A stretch of DNA of 64,000 bases, taken from sequence record NC_024142.2. One strand, given 5' to 3'. This DNA comes from Escherichia phage Bp4. Below are positions 48,753 through 58,524 of this stretch, piece after piece. How positions within the stretch are numbered: position 1 is the stretch's first letter; every line of letters starts with the position of its first letter. The translations under genes were made by a program, and so were the position numbers. The notes under the pieces were generated by a model. That model was given only the letters and a program-made list of their open reading frames with translations. It ran no database searches and had not been told where the DNA came from.

Positions 48753-49283
48753 TTAGAAAATCAGATGGGAAGCTGCATAGTACTCAATAGAGGGAAGAAT
48801 CTTCTCATACTGTTTTATTGCCATAGGATCACCAGCAAGTGTCCAGGCTGCTTCACGAGTACGTGGCAGTTCCTTGTACTTACCAGTCTGGTCCTGGGCT
48901 ACCAGGCATTCAGGTAAAGCATCACGTACATCCTGATAGGACATACAACCACGAACCAGGCGATATACAGTCTGGTTCACAAGGTGTACTTCCATAATCA
49001 GGCGACTGGAGGCTTTCAGATACTTGTCCATTGCAGGCCAAAGTTCTGGATTAAGTGTTAATCGTTCACCGTAGGTTGGAGGTCTGGCAGCATTAGAACG
49101 CTGATAGAACTCCCCTTGATAAAGAAATCCAGCCGATATATCAATACCATTGATACGGTCGTTCTTATCAATGATACCGTTTAACACACTATCAAGACGA
49201 ACCAGTTCTGCTAAGAACAGGTGTTTGACTATCTCACTGCTATTGGCAACCTGACCAATAGTCGCTGAACCAATCTGAGGCAT
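48753..49283 (-). CDS. hypothetical protein
   Basis: 176-aa ORF between helicase and polymerase. Confidence 0.45.
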   Translation of the reverse strand: MPQIGSATIGQVANSSEIVKHLFLAELVRLDSVLNGIIDKNDRINGIDISAGFLYQGEFYQRSNAARPPTYGERLTLNPELWPAMDKYLKASSRLIMEVHLVNQTVYRLVRGCMSYQDVRDALPECLVAQDQTGKYKELPRTREAAWTLAGDPMAIKQYEKILPSIEYYAASHLIF

Positions 49284-49293
49284 ATATCCTCCC

Positions 49294-50604
49294 TTAGAAA
49301 GTTAGACCACCATACTTACTGGCAAGATTGCCATAAAACACTACTCGCTTACGGGCACGAGACACAGCGACGTAAAGCAGACGAGCAACCATATCCGGTT
49401 GGCGACAGCTTGAGAGGTCATCTGCATCAATGAAGATTGTGTCGTAAGTAGAGCCTTGTGATTTATGGACAGTACATGCATGAGTAGCACGTAGGTCTGG
49501 AATGGTTTCTTTAAGACGGAAGTAAGGTTCCCAGTTCTTCTCCTTACCTAGCCACTTAACCAAACGGTTGAAGTATTCTGGGTCGGTAGGTACTGGGACT
49601 TCACTTACAATACCACCATAGCCAAGGTCCAGAGTACTATCACGGACTTCCAGTTCCAGGTCACCTGTAACCTGAATCATGCGAGTACTGCTATCCTGGT
49701 CGATGAGTTTTACGTCTTGCTCGATAGACAGACGGTCTTCCACACCTAAGCGAACAGCAGAGTTAGAAACTAACTGTTCACCGATGGAGTACTCACCCAC
49801 GTAACCATTGGCTTCACGAATGTAGTTATTGTAATTAATAACCTGGTCATTTGTGTAAGCAACAATACGGCTGTTGGTGGGTTGAGTGAAGTGACTGAGA
49901 ACCAGTTTCTCCATCTCTTCTCCCTGTACCCAGTCAATAATGCCTGGAATACACTTAATAGGCAGGAAACCTGTCTTACCTTCCACCGTATCACGTAATT
50001 GTTGGTTCAATGCTTTGAGTTCAGGTACATCGGTACGCATCTGTTCAGTCAGATAGTGTGTTGGGATATTACCTGCATATACCGGAGACTTATTCTCTTT
50101 AACAGGCAGAAGCTGAGAAGCATCACCTACGAATACCAGCTTACACTGGTGAGTACCTTCACGAGCATACTTAAGTAACTGACGGTCAATCATGGATGCT
50201 TCGTCTACGAAGATGATTTTGTTCTTCTTAATATTGAATGATTTGGACGGTACGACATTAGCCTCACCAGTCTTAAAGTCATTCTTAACAATCAATCCCT
50301 GGAAGGAATGATAGGTAGATGTTGGACGCCCAGTAGCTTGAGCCAGAACTTCAGCAGCCTTGTTCGTGGTCGCAGTCATAACGACTTCGTTATACAGGGG
50401 CTTGGTTCCCATAAGGGAGCAAGTTTCCATATATGCAGGCATAGTGTCATCAATGAGGTGCGACATCAGGAATGTCTTGCCAGTTCCCCCTGGGCCACTA
50501 ATATTGAATTCGGTAGCATTAGGGTCGAGCAGGAAGTCGAAGAACTTCTTCGCAACCGCTTCTTGCCCCTTGTTCAGTGGGGCTTTGGTAGGTTTGGAAA
50601 ACAT
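49294..50604 (-). CDS. Dda/RecD-like SF1 DNA helicase
   Basis: Walker A GPGGTGKT, Walker B FVDEASM, HKSQGST and VAVSRAR. Confidence 0.8.
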   Translation of the reverse strand: MFSKPTKAPLNKGQEAVAKKFFDFLLDPNATEFNISGPGGTGKTFLMSHLIDDTMPAYMETCSLMGTKPLYNEVVMTATTNKAAEVLAQATGRPTSTYHSFQGLIVKNDFKTGEANVVPSKSFNIKKNKIIFVDEASMIDRQLLKYAREGTHQCKLVFVGDASQLLPVKENKSPVYAGNIPTHYLTEQMRTDVPELKALNQQLRDTVEGKTGFLPIKCIPGIIDWVQGEEMEKLVLSHFTQPTNSRIVAYTNDQVINYNNYIREANGYVGEYSIGEQLVSNSAVRLGVEDRLSIEQDVKLIDQDSSTRMIQVTGDLELEVRDSTLDLGYGGIVSEVPVPTDPEYFNRLVKWLGKEKNWEPYFRLKETIPDLRATHACTVHKSQGSTYDTIFIDADDLSSCRQPDMVARLLYVAVSRARKRVVFYGNLASKYGGLTF

Positions 50605-50615
50605 TAAAATCTCCA

Positions 50616-50639
50616 GTAAAAAACCCTCCGTAGAGGGTT
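50616..50639 (-). terminator. intrinsic terminator
   Basis: Minus strand AACCCTC-TACG-GAGGGTT followed by TTTTTTACT. Confidence 0.5.
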
Positions 50640-51105
50640 AGATGTAAGGGGTTAAATCCGGGGGAGTGTAGTCTTTCCCTTTCATAACTTTCTTATTCTC
50701 ATTGAAGACAGGTTCACCATCTTCAAACTTAGAATAGTTTGAGCGATTGACTTCAGCCAATGCTCCAGGGACATTCATCCCAAGGAAAGTACCGACGCCA
50801 GTTGCTGTAACAATCTGGTCTGCCAGTGAATCCAGCAAAGCCAAGCGATTGCTATTTGCTGGGAAGATAGCCATGTGGTCTGCTTTCATCAGCAGAGATA
50901 ATTTACCCAAAGCAGCCTGTGCATCGGCTAACACTTGCATACTATCCTCGCAGGATGGGGTCAACTCATCTAACATTTCACATACTTCTTCCAGATGACA
51001 ACCAATCTGGGTACTAATGTTCTTACTTGTTGGATTTGCTACTGCTTTCCGGAACCAGGCTTCCGTATTTGCCAGCGTACAAACGGATGAACTTGTCATG
51101 CTCAC
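50638..51105 (-). CDS. MazG-like nucleotide pyrophosphohydrolase candidate
   Basis: HLEEVCEMLDEL and DSLADQIV acidic helix pair; 83-nt overlap with the upstream ORF. Confidence 0.35.
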   Translation of the reverse strand: MSMTSSSVCTLANTEAWFRKAVANPTSKNISTQIGCHLEEVCEMLDELTPSCEDSMQVLADAQAALGKLSLLMKADHMAIFPANSNRLALLDSLADQIVTATGVGTFLGMNVPGALAEVNRSNYSKFEDGEPVFNENKKVMKGKDYTPPDLTPYI

Positions 51106-51418
51106 TCTCTTGGTTAAGGTGGCGATTATTATATGCCTCCAGAATCAAGTCTCTTACATATGAGCGAATCTCATAAGCAGGACCAACTTGTTCTGACAGC
51201 CAATCAGCCACATGGGTTGGTAAAGGTCGTAATACGTTTTCCATGAACGTCCGACGTGTGTCGGCTGGTTCAATGTTTAGAGAACGCAATCGCAAAGTGA
51301 CTGTGGTTGGGTGAACCCCCAACGTCTTAGCGATAGTTGCGAGGGACAGACCAACAGCATTCATACGAATGATGTCTTCATCAGTTGCTTTGCGATTACT
51401 TCTGAATACTTTAGACAT
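51023..51418 (-). CDS. helix-turn-helix DNA-binding protein
   Basis: GLSLATIAKTLGVHPTTV HTH-like segment. Confidence 0.45.
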   Translation of the reverse strand: MSKVFRSNRKATDEDIIRMNAVGLSLATIAKTLGVHPTTVTLRLRSLNIEPADTRRTFMENVLRPLPTHVADWLSEQVGPAYEIRSYVRDLILEAYNNRHLNQESEHDKFIRLYAGKYGSLVPESSSKSNK

Positions 51419-51436
51419 AGCTTATTTCCTCTTCAA

Positions 51437-51470
51437 AGATAGCCTCACTTTATTATAAGTGAGGCTATTT
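51437..51470. promoter_or_regulatory. 12-14 bp perfect hairpin between rIIB-like and HTH genes
   Basis: ATAGCCTCACTT-TATTAT-AAGTGAGGCTAT. Confidence 0.5.
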
Positions 51471-51480
51471 GAACAGGCTA

Positions 51481-53529
51481 TTACTTAAGGTGGTGCTTCA
51501 GCTTATCAATGGCTTTGCACTCTTCTTCAGTAAGACCCATAGCAGCATAAGACTTCTTAGCTGCATGTTTCAGGTCATGAATGGAGTGGGCTTTCTGATA
51601 ATCAGACATACCACTATCTGCTAGATAACCTCTGATGATGTTGGCATTAGTACTATTAATAGCAGGCTTAGATTTAGTAGGTTTAACTGTCTTATCCTGC
51701 TTAACAGCTTTAGGTTTACCAATAGGCTTAGCTGTATAGGTAGCACGTACATCAGCAATCTTAGCTACTACATCATTACCCACATCGAATGCAGCCCAAG
51801 GCTTACGAGCTTTACCACGCAGTTCTACCAGAAGGTCAGCAGCAGCTAACTTATCTTCTGGGGTTGTTGCAGTAAGGAACTCTTTGACCAGTTCCTGGAT
51901 TTGTTCTTTCACAGTAGGAGCCTTCTTAATAACAGGTTTAAGGTCAGTAGCCTTCACTGGTTCAGCAGCTACAGCTTCATTCAGTGACTCTTCCATGTTC
52001 AGTGCTTCTTTGCTAGCAACTGTACGGAATTGTTCTACAGAACCAGATGTGAGATTAGTGTATTTGAGGTTAGTACCATAATGACCCCCAACCATAATAA
52101 GTGTGGTAGGTGAGCTATGGTTCCCAACGATGGCATCATTAAGCAATTTCTTACCTACTTCTGTCTTAGACAGGTAGATACCATTATTAACATTATTACG
52201 TTCCTCTTCCGGTAGTTCAGCAATAATATGATATGCAGATACACGCATTTTATTGGTGCTGTACTGAGGAACAGCAAATACATCTTCCGGTGCTACTTTA
52301 CCAAGGATGGTCACATTACCACCGAAGCCACGTAGATAGCTCATGGATGCTACGTGCAGACCGTTAGAGCAATCCTGACGACGGTCAGGGTCTACCAGGT
52401 CTTCACGTACCTGCACTTTACAGCCTACCCATTGACGAATGTTACCCGAGTGACAGTCAACGAATACACGTTTACCGTTTTCTATACCACTAGACTTAAG
52501 GCGTTTGAGGAACAGGATTGAACCATCATCGGCAATAGGCAGTTCAGCAGTTTCCATGAACTTCATCAGGTCTTCTACTGAGTGCAGACGGTCTTTAATA
52601 ACCGGAGCCAGACGTTCAAGGAACTTAGTAAAGCCCTTGTAGTCTTTCAGCTTGGCAGACTGACGTAAGTGACGTTGCAGGTTCTCAACTCCGGGGATAA
52701 CCCCATTGTTGGTAACAGCAACAACCACTTCATCTTCCTTCACATCGGTGTGGAAGTTAGCGTTATCAGTACTAATAGCACCCAATGCAGCTAGTTTCTC
52801 CGAGGCAGCAGCCAGCTTATCCTGGTTCGTAACTTTAGTTACTTCAATGTAAGGTGGTGGGGTATGTTTACGACTGGTGAATACAACATGAACCCCTTTG
52901 ATGTGTTCGGCTTGTTTAGCAAACTCACCCATTTCATCATCAGATACTGCACGAACTGCAACAGGCCATTCTTGTTTGAGCATGGTGTTAGTATGTTCAT
53001 ACCCACAACCCATTACGTCGTTAATAAAACGAACCAGTGCAGGATGGTTATGGTCTTTGTCCCAGCCAGTAACCCACATCAGGTTGTCACGTTTGTCGTA
53101 ATAACCATCTGTTACAGTTACTTCTGGTTCATTAGCCTGTACAGCCAGGAAGGTATCCATAGCTTTAGACACTAATGTTTTGGTTGGATTGCCTAGCTTA
53201 ATATCAGAAATGATACGGTCAGGTTGAGTACCTGTACCATCCTGGAAGAACTCTTTCAGTTTAGCTTTAGCTACCTTGAAGAAACGGACGAATCCGTTAG
53301 TGTTCTTCTCTGCTTCCAGATATTCAGTACGCAGGTTTACTTCTGGTGCAATGTTTACTTCTATCTGGTCTTTGGTAGTTCCCAGACCTTTGGTTTGTGC
53401 TTCAGATACAATACGAGCAACCCGTGGGTCGCTCTGAGGATATACAATCGTGGAGCCATCAGGCTTCCACAGTGTAAGGTTACGACTGTCAACTGCCAGT
53501 GCGATGATAGAAATCAGTTCGATTTTCAT
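51481..53529 (-). CDS. large hypothetical protein, possibly rIIB-like (position only)
   Basis: 682-aa ORF downstream of the rIIA-like gene. Confidence 0.3.
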   Translation of the reverse strand: MKIELISIIALAVDSRNLTLWKPDGSTIVYPQSDPRVARIVSEAQTKGLGTTKDQIEVNIAPEVNLRTEYLEAEKNTNGFVRFFKVAKAKLKEFFQDGTGTQPDRIISDIKLGNPTKTLVSKAMDTFLAVQANEPEVTVTDGYYDKRDNLMWVTGWDKDHNHPALVRFINDVMGCGYEHTNTMLKQEWPVAVRAVSDDEMGEFAKQAEHIKGVHVVFTSRKHTPPPYIEVTKVTNQDKLAAASEKLAALGAISTDNANFHTDVKEDEVVVAVTNNGVIPGVENLQRHLRQSAKLKDYKGFTKFLERLAPVIKDRLHSVEDLMKFMETAELPIADDGSILFLKRLKSSGIENGKRVFVDCHSGNIRQWVGCKVQVREDLVDPDRRQDCSNGLHVASMSYLRGFGGNVTILGKVAPEDVFAVPQYSTNKMRVSAYHIIAELPEEERNNVNNGIYLSKTEVGKKLLNDAIVGNHSSPTTLIMVGGHYGTNLKYTNLTSGSVEQFRTVASKEALNMEESLNEAVAAEPVKATDLKPVIKKAPTVKEQIQELVKEFLTATTPEDKLAAADLLVELRGKARKPWAAFDVGNDVVAKIADVRATYTAKPIGKPKAVKQDKTVKPTKSKPAINSTNANIIRGYLADSGMSDYQKAHSIHDLKHAAKKSYAAMGLTEEECKAIDKLKHHLK

Positions 53530-53533
53530 CAGA

Positions 53534-53779
53534 TTAGTTACCTTTCAGTTTATTTAGACGATTACGGTAGAGGGACTTAAACCCAGGAATATCCTCTGGA
53601 TTCTTCTTAAGGTGTTTGACCAAACTACCTAAGTCCAGCGTCTGTAGGATGTCATTTTTATTCCAGCTATAACTGAATAATTCTTTGTAATCATTAAGTA
53701 TTTTAAAGTACTTATGATTACGCGGATTAGTCATTATTGCATATGGCTCTAAGTCATCCACTGACTTAATACAACCCAT
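53534..53779 (-). CDS. hypothetical small protein
   Basis: 81-aa ORF. Confidence 0.4.
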   Translation of the reverse strand: MGCIKSVDDLEPYAIMTNPRNHKYFKILNDYKELFSYSWNKNDILQTLDLGSLVKHLKKNPEDIPGFKSLYRNRLNKLKGN

Positions 53780-53880
53780 TTCAACAAGTTTTTCTTTGTT
53801 GTCGTGTGGTCGATTCCGTAGAAAGTCATATGCCCATTCATATTCTGGTTTAAAAATCAGATTCTGTAATGGTTTGAAGG

Positions 53881-55263
53881 TTAGACCAGTATGTCTAGGA
53901 TTTCCCAGTATTCCCTGTCATCCAGTCCTACGTATTCCAGAATACCAATACGGTGTTCAGTAACATATTTCTTGAAGCCTTTACTGGTAATAACTGGCAT
54001 CAGCTCCATAAAGCGAACATCATCAATGTGGATAGCACCTCTCCGTTTGGCCTTGTTAGCTTCGATTTGATTACGGCAGACAACAGTCTCTGCTCTCATC
54101 TCATCAGATAACTCATACCATTTCCACATGGTTCCAATTCGAGCAGTTACTGGGCTACCTGAACCAACCTGATTGGCTAGTACGTAGTACTTAGGTTGCT
54201 CTACTTCAACGAAACCAGACTTATCATGGCGACTTGGGTCTGCAAATTCCTTCTGAATATAAGGCTTTGGTTCCCAATCCCCATTTTTATTCCGTATTTG
54301 GGTAGCACCAAGAACTGCATTCAATGAAATCAGAGAATTAGTTTTACCTCCTGCCTTGGTTTTATTGGCAGCGATTGTCTTAGACCGTTTCTCAGCAGCT
54401 ATCTTAGCTTTCTCTCTACGGAAGTTAGTTGGTTTGTCCCACTCATTATATTGAGTAAGGTCGATTACCCGATAACCCATAGCAGTGAACTTAGCCACAG
54501 CTTCTTCTGCTGCACCCTTCTTAGGTCCAACGACGTGAACAAAAGCTGTACGCTCCAGGTCACCTCGATCGTACTCAGGGAAGTACGAGAAAGAGTCTGC
54601 ACAGTCAGACAAACGTCGGGTAACTACAACGTTTTTGGTAGTGAATATGCCAATACTTTGGTGGGAGTTATTGTATATCCTAAAGTAGTCAGTAAGTTTA
54701 CCTTTTACCAAGTCAACACGGTTACCTTGATTCATTATGTAACCAGACCACTTAATACCAGAGGTTTTCAAAGCAGCCAGCTGAGGTAAGTGCAGATGGC
54801 GATATACTAATTCCGAGAATGGGGAGTATGTACTTTCTTCACGAGTATCCTTAAGAGCACGCATAGCCTTACCATACAGTTTCTTAAGACCTGCGTATTC
54901 AGGACGAGCTAATAATGCCTTATTGGATAAATTACGCCAGTGCTTGATGTAATGCTTACGTTGCTTAGCCCACAAACTAGAGGACATATAGCGTTGAACA
55001 GTTCTGTCTGTAACAGCACCCAGGAATGATGGATACTCCCAGAAGCGAGTAGAGGATTTAGAAGCATATTCTTCAACCTGCTTAATGGCTTCAGGAATCT
55101 TAGCCTTAATCTCTTTCTCCATACGGTCTACTAAATCTACACATAGAGTAGTAATACCATCGTCGGTTAACTTCTGGTTAGACAGCGTTTCTCGACTAGG
55201 AGCAATAGCTAAAGTGTCTGGTGCAGCCTGAACTACTAGATTAGAAGCACCAATAATATTCAT
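53881..55263 (-). CDS. rIIA-like protein, C-terminal segment
   Basis: Frame is open upstream of the ATG and joins the N-terminal segment once one TACAT unit is removed. Confidence 0.5.
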   Translation of the reverse strand: MNIIGASNLVVQAAPDTLAIAPSRETLSNQKLTDDGITTLCVDLVDRMEKEIKAKIPEAIKQVEEYASKSSTRFWEYPSFLGAVTDRTVQRYMSSSLWAKQRKHYIKHWRNLSNKALLARPEYAGLKKLYGKAMRALKDTREESTYSPFSELVYRHLHLPQLAALKTSGIKWSGYIMNQGNRVDLVKGKLTDYFRIYNNSHQSIGIFTTKNVVVTRRLSDCADSFSYFPEYDRGDLERTAFVHVVGPKKGAAEEAVAKFTAMGYRVIDLTQYNEWDKPTNFRREKAKIAAEKRSKTIAANKTKAGGKTNSLISLNAVLGATQIRNKNGDWEPKPYIQKEFADPSRHDKSGFVEVEQPKYYVLANQVGSGSPVTARIGTMWKWYELSDEMRAETVVCRNQIEANKAKRRGAIHIDDVRFMELMPVITSKGFKKYVTEHRIGILEYVGLDDREYWEILDILV

Positions 55264-55280
55264 GAAGTTGAGGATAAGGC

Positions 55281-56099
55281 CTACAGCTTCTTCACTAGCT
55301 GGGCTGGATACAATTGGTACATTACATTACCGTAGCGAACGTATATGTTACTGCTACCCATATAGCCTTGATACCATCTATCAGACATATCATATGAACC
55401 AGGTTCAAATGGCATGCCTAGTGTATCCAGTAGAGTGTAGTCGCCTTGTTGAATACTATTACTCTCGTCTGTTCTAATGAGTTTGGGAGTACTTAGCTCA
55501 GCTTTAATTTCACCGTTAAACACAATTGATTTGATGTAATGAATAAAGGTATTTAAATCATGTTTGCCTAACTGGAATTTAACTTCCAGACCAGATTCCT
55601 CAGTAGGAATACCAGTAATAATAGGAACAATACCAGGCTTACCATCATTCTCAATTGCAGCCTTAGCTACGTTATATACCGACATCTTCCCCTGGTTCCA
55701 TGAAGTAACCTGGAAGCTATCTGTATAAGCGAATGGAGATTTACATCCCAGACCAAAGCCACCAGTAGCACTACTGTTGGCTTTCTTAGTAGATGCACCA
55801 TAGACACCATAAATGGAACCAATGAGTTCATCTGGAATACCACTACCGTAATCACGGAAGGTAATAAAGTTGTCTGTATCAATGGTGATACGAATAGGGG
55901 TATCAGTTTTACCTGCCTCAATATGAGCATCCCAGCTGTTACATATAGTCTCACGAACTACTGCCAGAGTAGGATTGTTATACAGGGAAGTACTTAATAC
56001 ATGGAAGAATGCCGGGTCATCAGAGATGCCAAAGGCAATTGTTTCTTTGCCACCCAGTGTCGCTGAGGTAGCTATTTCGTTGGTATCTGCAACTAACAT
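55281..56099 (-). CDS. rIIA-like protein, N-terminal GHKL-type ATPase segment
   Basis: ICNSWDAH, FRDYGSGIPDE and GGFGLGCKS match the histidine-kinase-like ATPase fold found in rIIA. Confidence 0.55.
   Translation of the reverse strand: MLVADTNEIATSATLGGKETIAFGISDDPAFFHVLSTSLYNNPTLAVVRETICNSWDAHIEAGKTDTPIRITIDTDNFITFRDYGSGIPDELIGSIYGVYGASTKKANSSATGGFGLGCKSPFAYTDSFQVTSWNQGKMSVYNVAKAAIENDGKPGIVPIITGIPTEESGLEVKFQLGKHDLNTFIHYIKSIVFNGEIKAELSTPKLIRTDESNSIQQGDYTLLDTLGMPFEPGSYDMSDRWYQGYMGSSNIYVRYGNVMYQLYPAQLVKKL
55318..55327. repeat. 5-bp tandem duplication (TACAT x2) that frameshifts the rIIA-like gene
   Basis: Plus strand TACATTACAT; removing one unit gives a continuous …RYGNVPIVSSPASEEAVGLILNFMNIIGAS… frame. 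Confidence 0.6.
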
Positions 56100-56126
56100 T
56101 TATTTACTCTCCAGATTAAATGTTGC

Positions 56127-56375
56127 TTACATTAGAACTTGTTTACACTTATCAAAAATAGCTTTACGAAGTTCAGCTTCTTCCCGTGGTTCATCATTAG
56201 GATGGTGACCTACAGGACTATTTTGAAAAGCATTCATTAGGAATAAGACCTGATACTCGGTTAAACCATTAATCTGAATGCTATACGTTTTCTCTGAGGC
56301 GATATTTACATTAGCCATTGCGTTTACCTGCCATTGCTTGTAATACAAACACAGCCATATCTGATGCCATGTCAT
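56127..56375 (-). CDS. hypothetical small protein
   Basis: Likely start at MANVNIASEK. Confidence 0.35.
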   Translation of the reverse strand: MTWHQIWLCLYYKQWQVNAMANVNIASEKTYSIQINGLTEYQVLFLMNAFQNSPVGHHPNDEPREEAELRKAIFDKCKQVLM

Positions 56376-56685
56376 CTGTTATATCGTTGACCGTTCCATA
56401 TGGTAGTGGGCCGTTCTCTTCCCAGTTATCTAACGTGTTTTGTACTTCAGCTAAACCAGCCTGAATCATTTCCTTGCTTGGTTCCAGCCATAACTTACGT
56501 TCCTCTGCTAGTGCAGCGATGCATATGCATAGAGAGGCAATGTTAGCTGGACAAGCAGCAATATCACCAGTTACTGCAATCTCACTGAGTGGGACAGCCT
56601 TACCGGTTTTACTATGAATTACTTCAGGGTTAATCATGAATTTGCTCCAGGTTATGGGCAGGAATAGGGAAGCATGGATAGTCAC
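56311..56685 (-). CDS. hypothetical small protein
   Basis: Tightly packed minus-strand ORF. Confidence 0.4.
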   Translation of the reverse strand: MTIHASLFLPITWSKFMINPEVIHSKTGKAVPLSEIAVTGDIAACPANIASLCICIAALAEERKLWLEPSKEMIQAGLAEVQNTLDNWEENGPLPYGTVNDITDDMASDMAVFVLQAMAGKRNG

Positions 56686-56842
56686 CGGTAGGGTCCAGTG
56701 TTACTGACACATGCAGTGTATTTGTCATTTGGGTTAGCATCTGAGCAGCATTGAAATCATCCTGGATACAGGCATATACAATGTCGCCCTTCTCACCCTC
56801 ACACATTACGGGTGTGTCTTTGATACGGTATTTAGCAGGCAT
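56630..56842 (-). CDS. hypothetical small protein
   Basis: 70-aa ORF. Confidence 0.35.
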   Translation of the reverse strand: MPAKYRIKDTPVMCEGEKGDIVYACIQDDFNAAQMLTQMTNTLHVSVTLDPTGDYPCFPIPAHNLEQIHD

Positions 56843-56870
56843 ATGCCCTCCTGAAAGAGTTAATTGAAAC

Positions 56871-56896
56871 CAAAAAAGACCTCCCGGAGGAGGTCT
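56871..56896 (-). terminator. intrinsic terminator
   Basis: Minus strand AGACCTCC-loop-GGAGGTCT followed by TTTTTTGG. Confidence 0.55.
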
Positions 56897-56901
56897 TAGG
56901 T

Positions 56902-57156
56902 TTACTTACGATTTTGTTCTACAAATCGTATCATTTGTTTTTTCACTTCTTCTTGCTCACGAATTGCTTCGTAGTCACGAGCAAAGTAGTAAACACACCA
57001 TAAACCAATCTCGCTTACAAAGAACAGAATACTAGCTCGAATGAACTGCATATCTGTTTCTACGACAAAGGCAACTTTGTATGCGTAGGTCAGTGTTAGT
57101 AGGGTACTAATTAGCATTGCGTATAGAGCTAGTTTTTCATTCAGTAATAGTCTCAC
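56902..57156 (-). CDS. small membrane protein
   Basis: Two hydrophobic segments (LALYAMLISTLLTLTYAY and ILFFVSEIGLWCVYYF). Confidence 0.4.
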   Translation of the reverse strand: MRLLLNEKLALYAMLISTLLTLTYAYKVAFVVETDMQFIRASILFFVSEIGLWCVYYFARDYEAIREQEEVKKQMIRFVEQNRK

Positions 57157-58081
57157 CAGGAATTAATTTACGGAATTGGATAAAGTGGAGCAGGTTACCT
57201 GAGTACAGATTCCCTTCTTTATCCATGGATGTAACACCTTGTTCCCAGGTAACTGGGTTCATGTTATTCACATACTTCTCACCAAGGTTCATAGGCGTAG
57301 CTTGATGTTCCGTTGGGGAAGCATGAATAGGTTGGTTTTCCACTAACTTAGCAAATAAGCCAAGGTCTTCCTCAATAGTAGAGGGACGTCCCTCAAAGTT
57401 GTTATAGGAAGCACGAGCACAGCGTGCAGCACTTACCTTGAGAAGTAGTCCATGCACTTCTGCATCACTTGGTTCATCGCGTGTAATTCGATTACGTTTG
57501 CAGAAATTGTAAGCCCCAACACGGTCAATATGAGCAATATATGGCAAATGCCATTGCCCATACGGTAATGCTCTTGGTGTGCTTTCTTCGTGTGCCTTAC
57601 GCATTGCTTGAGCCAGTTCACGAATCTCCGGTTGTGCATCTTTGTGGTCACGCAGTCCATAGAAATTAGCCCAGCTAGTTGAAGTTACCACTACACGGAT
57701 ATGTGTGAATGGTTCCAGAATACGGTTAACAATTTGCTTATGTACTTGCCCACGACGAAGGATTTCAGCATAGATAGCTGCACTTGTGGCAGCTTGTTGC
57801 CATGCAAATGTAGCGTCTACAATCTCCAAAGGGGTGAGTTCTTCCTCTGCTTGCATACCTTTCTGGTTCTTACCCCAGTGACTTGGCATCACTGGTTCAT
57901 TACGAACCTGTTCGATGAACTTAGCGGTAGGGATAGCACGACTACTTGAAGCATTGCGGTTGAATACACGGTGAGTCATAAACTCACTGTGAATGAATCG
58001 GGGATAAACCAATTCAAAAGTTGTGATACGAGTTCCTGTTTCTGGATGAACGGAATCTGCAATTACTGATGCCTTAATCAT
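57137..58081 (-). CDS. thyX: flavin-dependent thymidylate synthase (ThyX-like)
   Basis: THRVFNRNASSSRA resembles the ThyX RHR…S…R signature; sits in a nucleotide-metabolism cluster. Confidence 0.5.
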   Translation of the reverse strand: MIKASVIADSVHPETGTRITTFELVYPRFIHSEFMTHRVFNRNASSSRAIPTAKFIEQVRNEPVMPSHWGKNQKGMQAEEELTPLEIVDATFAWQQAATSAAIYAEILRRGQVHKQIVNRILEPFTHIRVVVTSTSWANFYGLRDHKDAQPEIRELAQAMRKAHEESTPRALPYGQWHLPYIAHIDRVGAYNFCKRNRITRDEPSDAEVHGLLLKVSAARCARASYNNFEGRPSTIEEDLGLFAKLVENQPIHASPTEHQATPMNLGEKYVNNMNPVTWEQGVTSMDKEGNLYSGNLLHFIQFRKLIPGETITE

Positions 58082-58524
58082 TAGAATGACCTTAGATAGT
58101 TGGTGATACCACTTCTCGTCTCTGTGATTCTCTTAACCTGAACATATACCAGCTTAAACTCACTACGAGGTAGTTCTTGTAATACTGCTACACCTTCAGT
58201 AAGAGCCACAGAACACGCTACAGCGGTTTCTTCTTTAAAGGAGTACAAGTCTTCATACATGAGGGCTTCATACTCTTTACGGAGCATACAGAGAGCATTT
58301 CTTGCTTTATCACTTACTTCTTGTGAACCAGCAGACATAGCTAAGCTGTATATGATAAAGACTTGTTCAAAAACAAAGTCCAGTAATCTATCAGGGTTGT
58401 TAGCCCCCATAAATAATTTTGTTGTGTAGGAACGAGCTTTACGGTTGAGTTCATACTCATCCTCTATGCCTTTATTATACAGAACAGGATTTCGTTTCCT
58501 TTTTCTTAGGAATGGGATACGCAT
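58081..58524 (-). CDS. hypothetical protein
   Basis: 147-aa ORF, start overlaps upstream stop. Confidence 0.45.
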   Translation of the reverse strand: MRIPFLRKRKRNPVLYNKGIEDEYELNRKARSYTTKLFMGANNPDRLLDFVFEQVFIIYSLAMSAGSQEVSDKARNALCMLRKEYEALMYEDLYSFKEETAVACSVALTEGVAVLQELPRSEFKLVYVQVKRITETRSGITNYLRSF

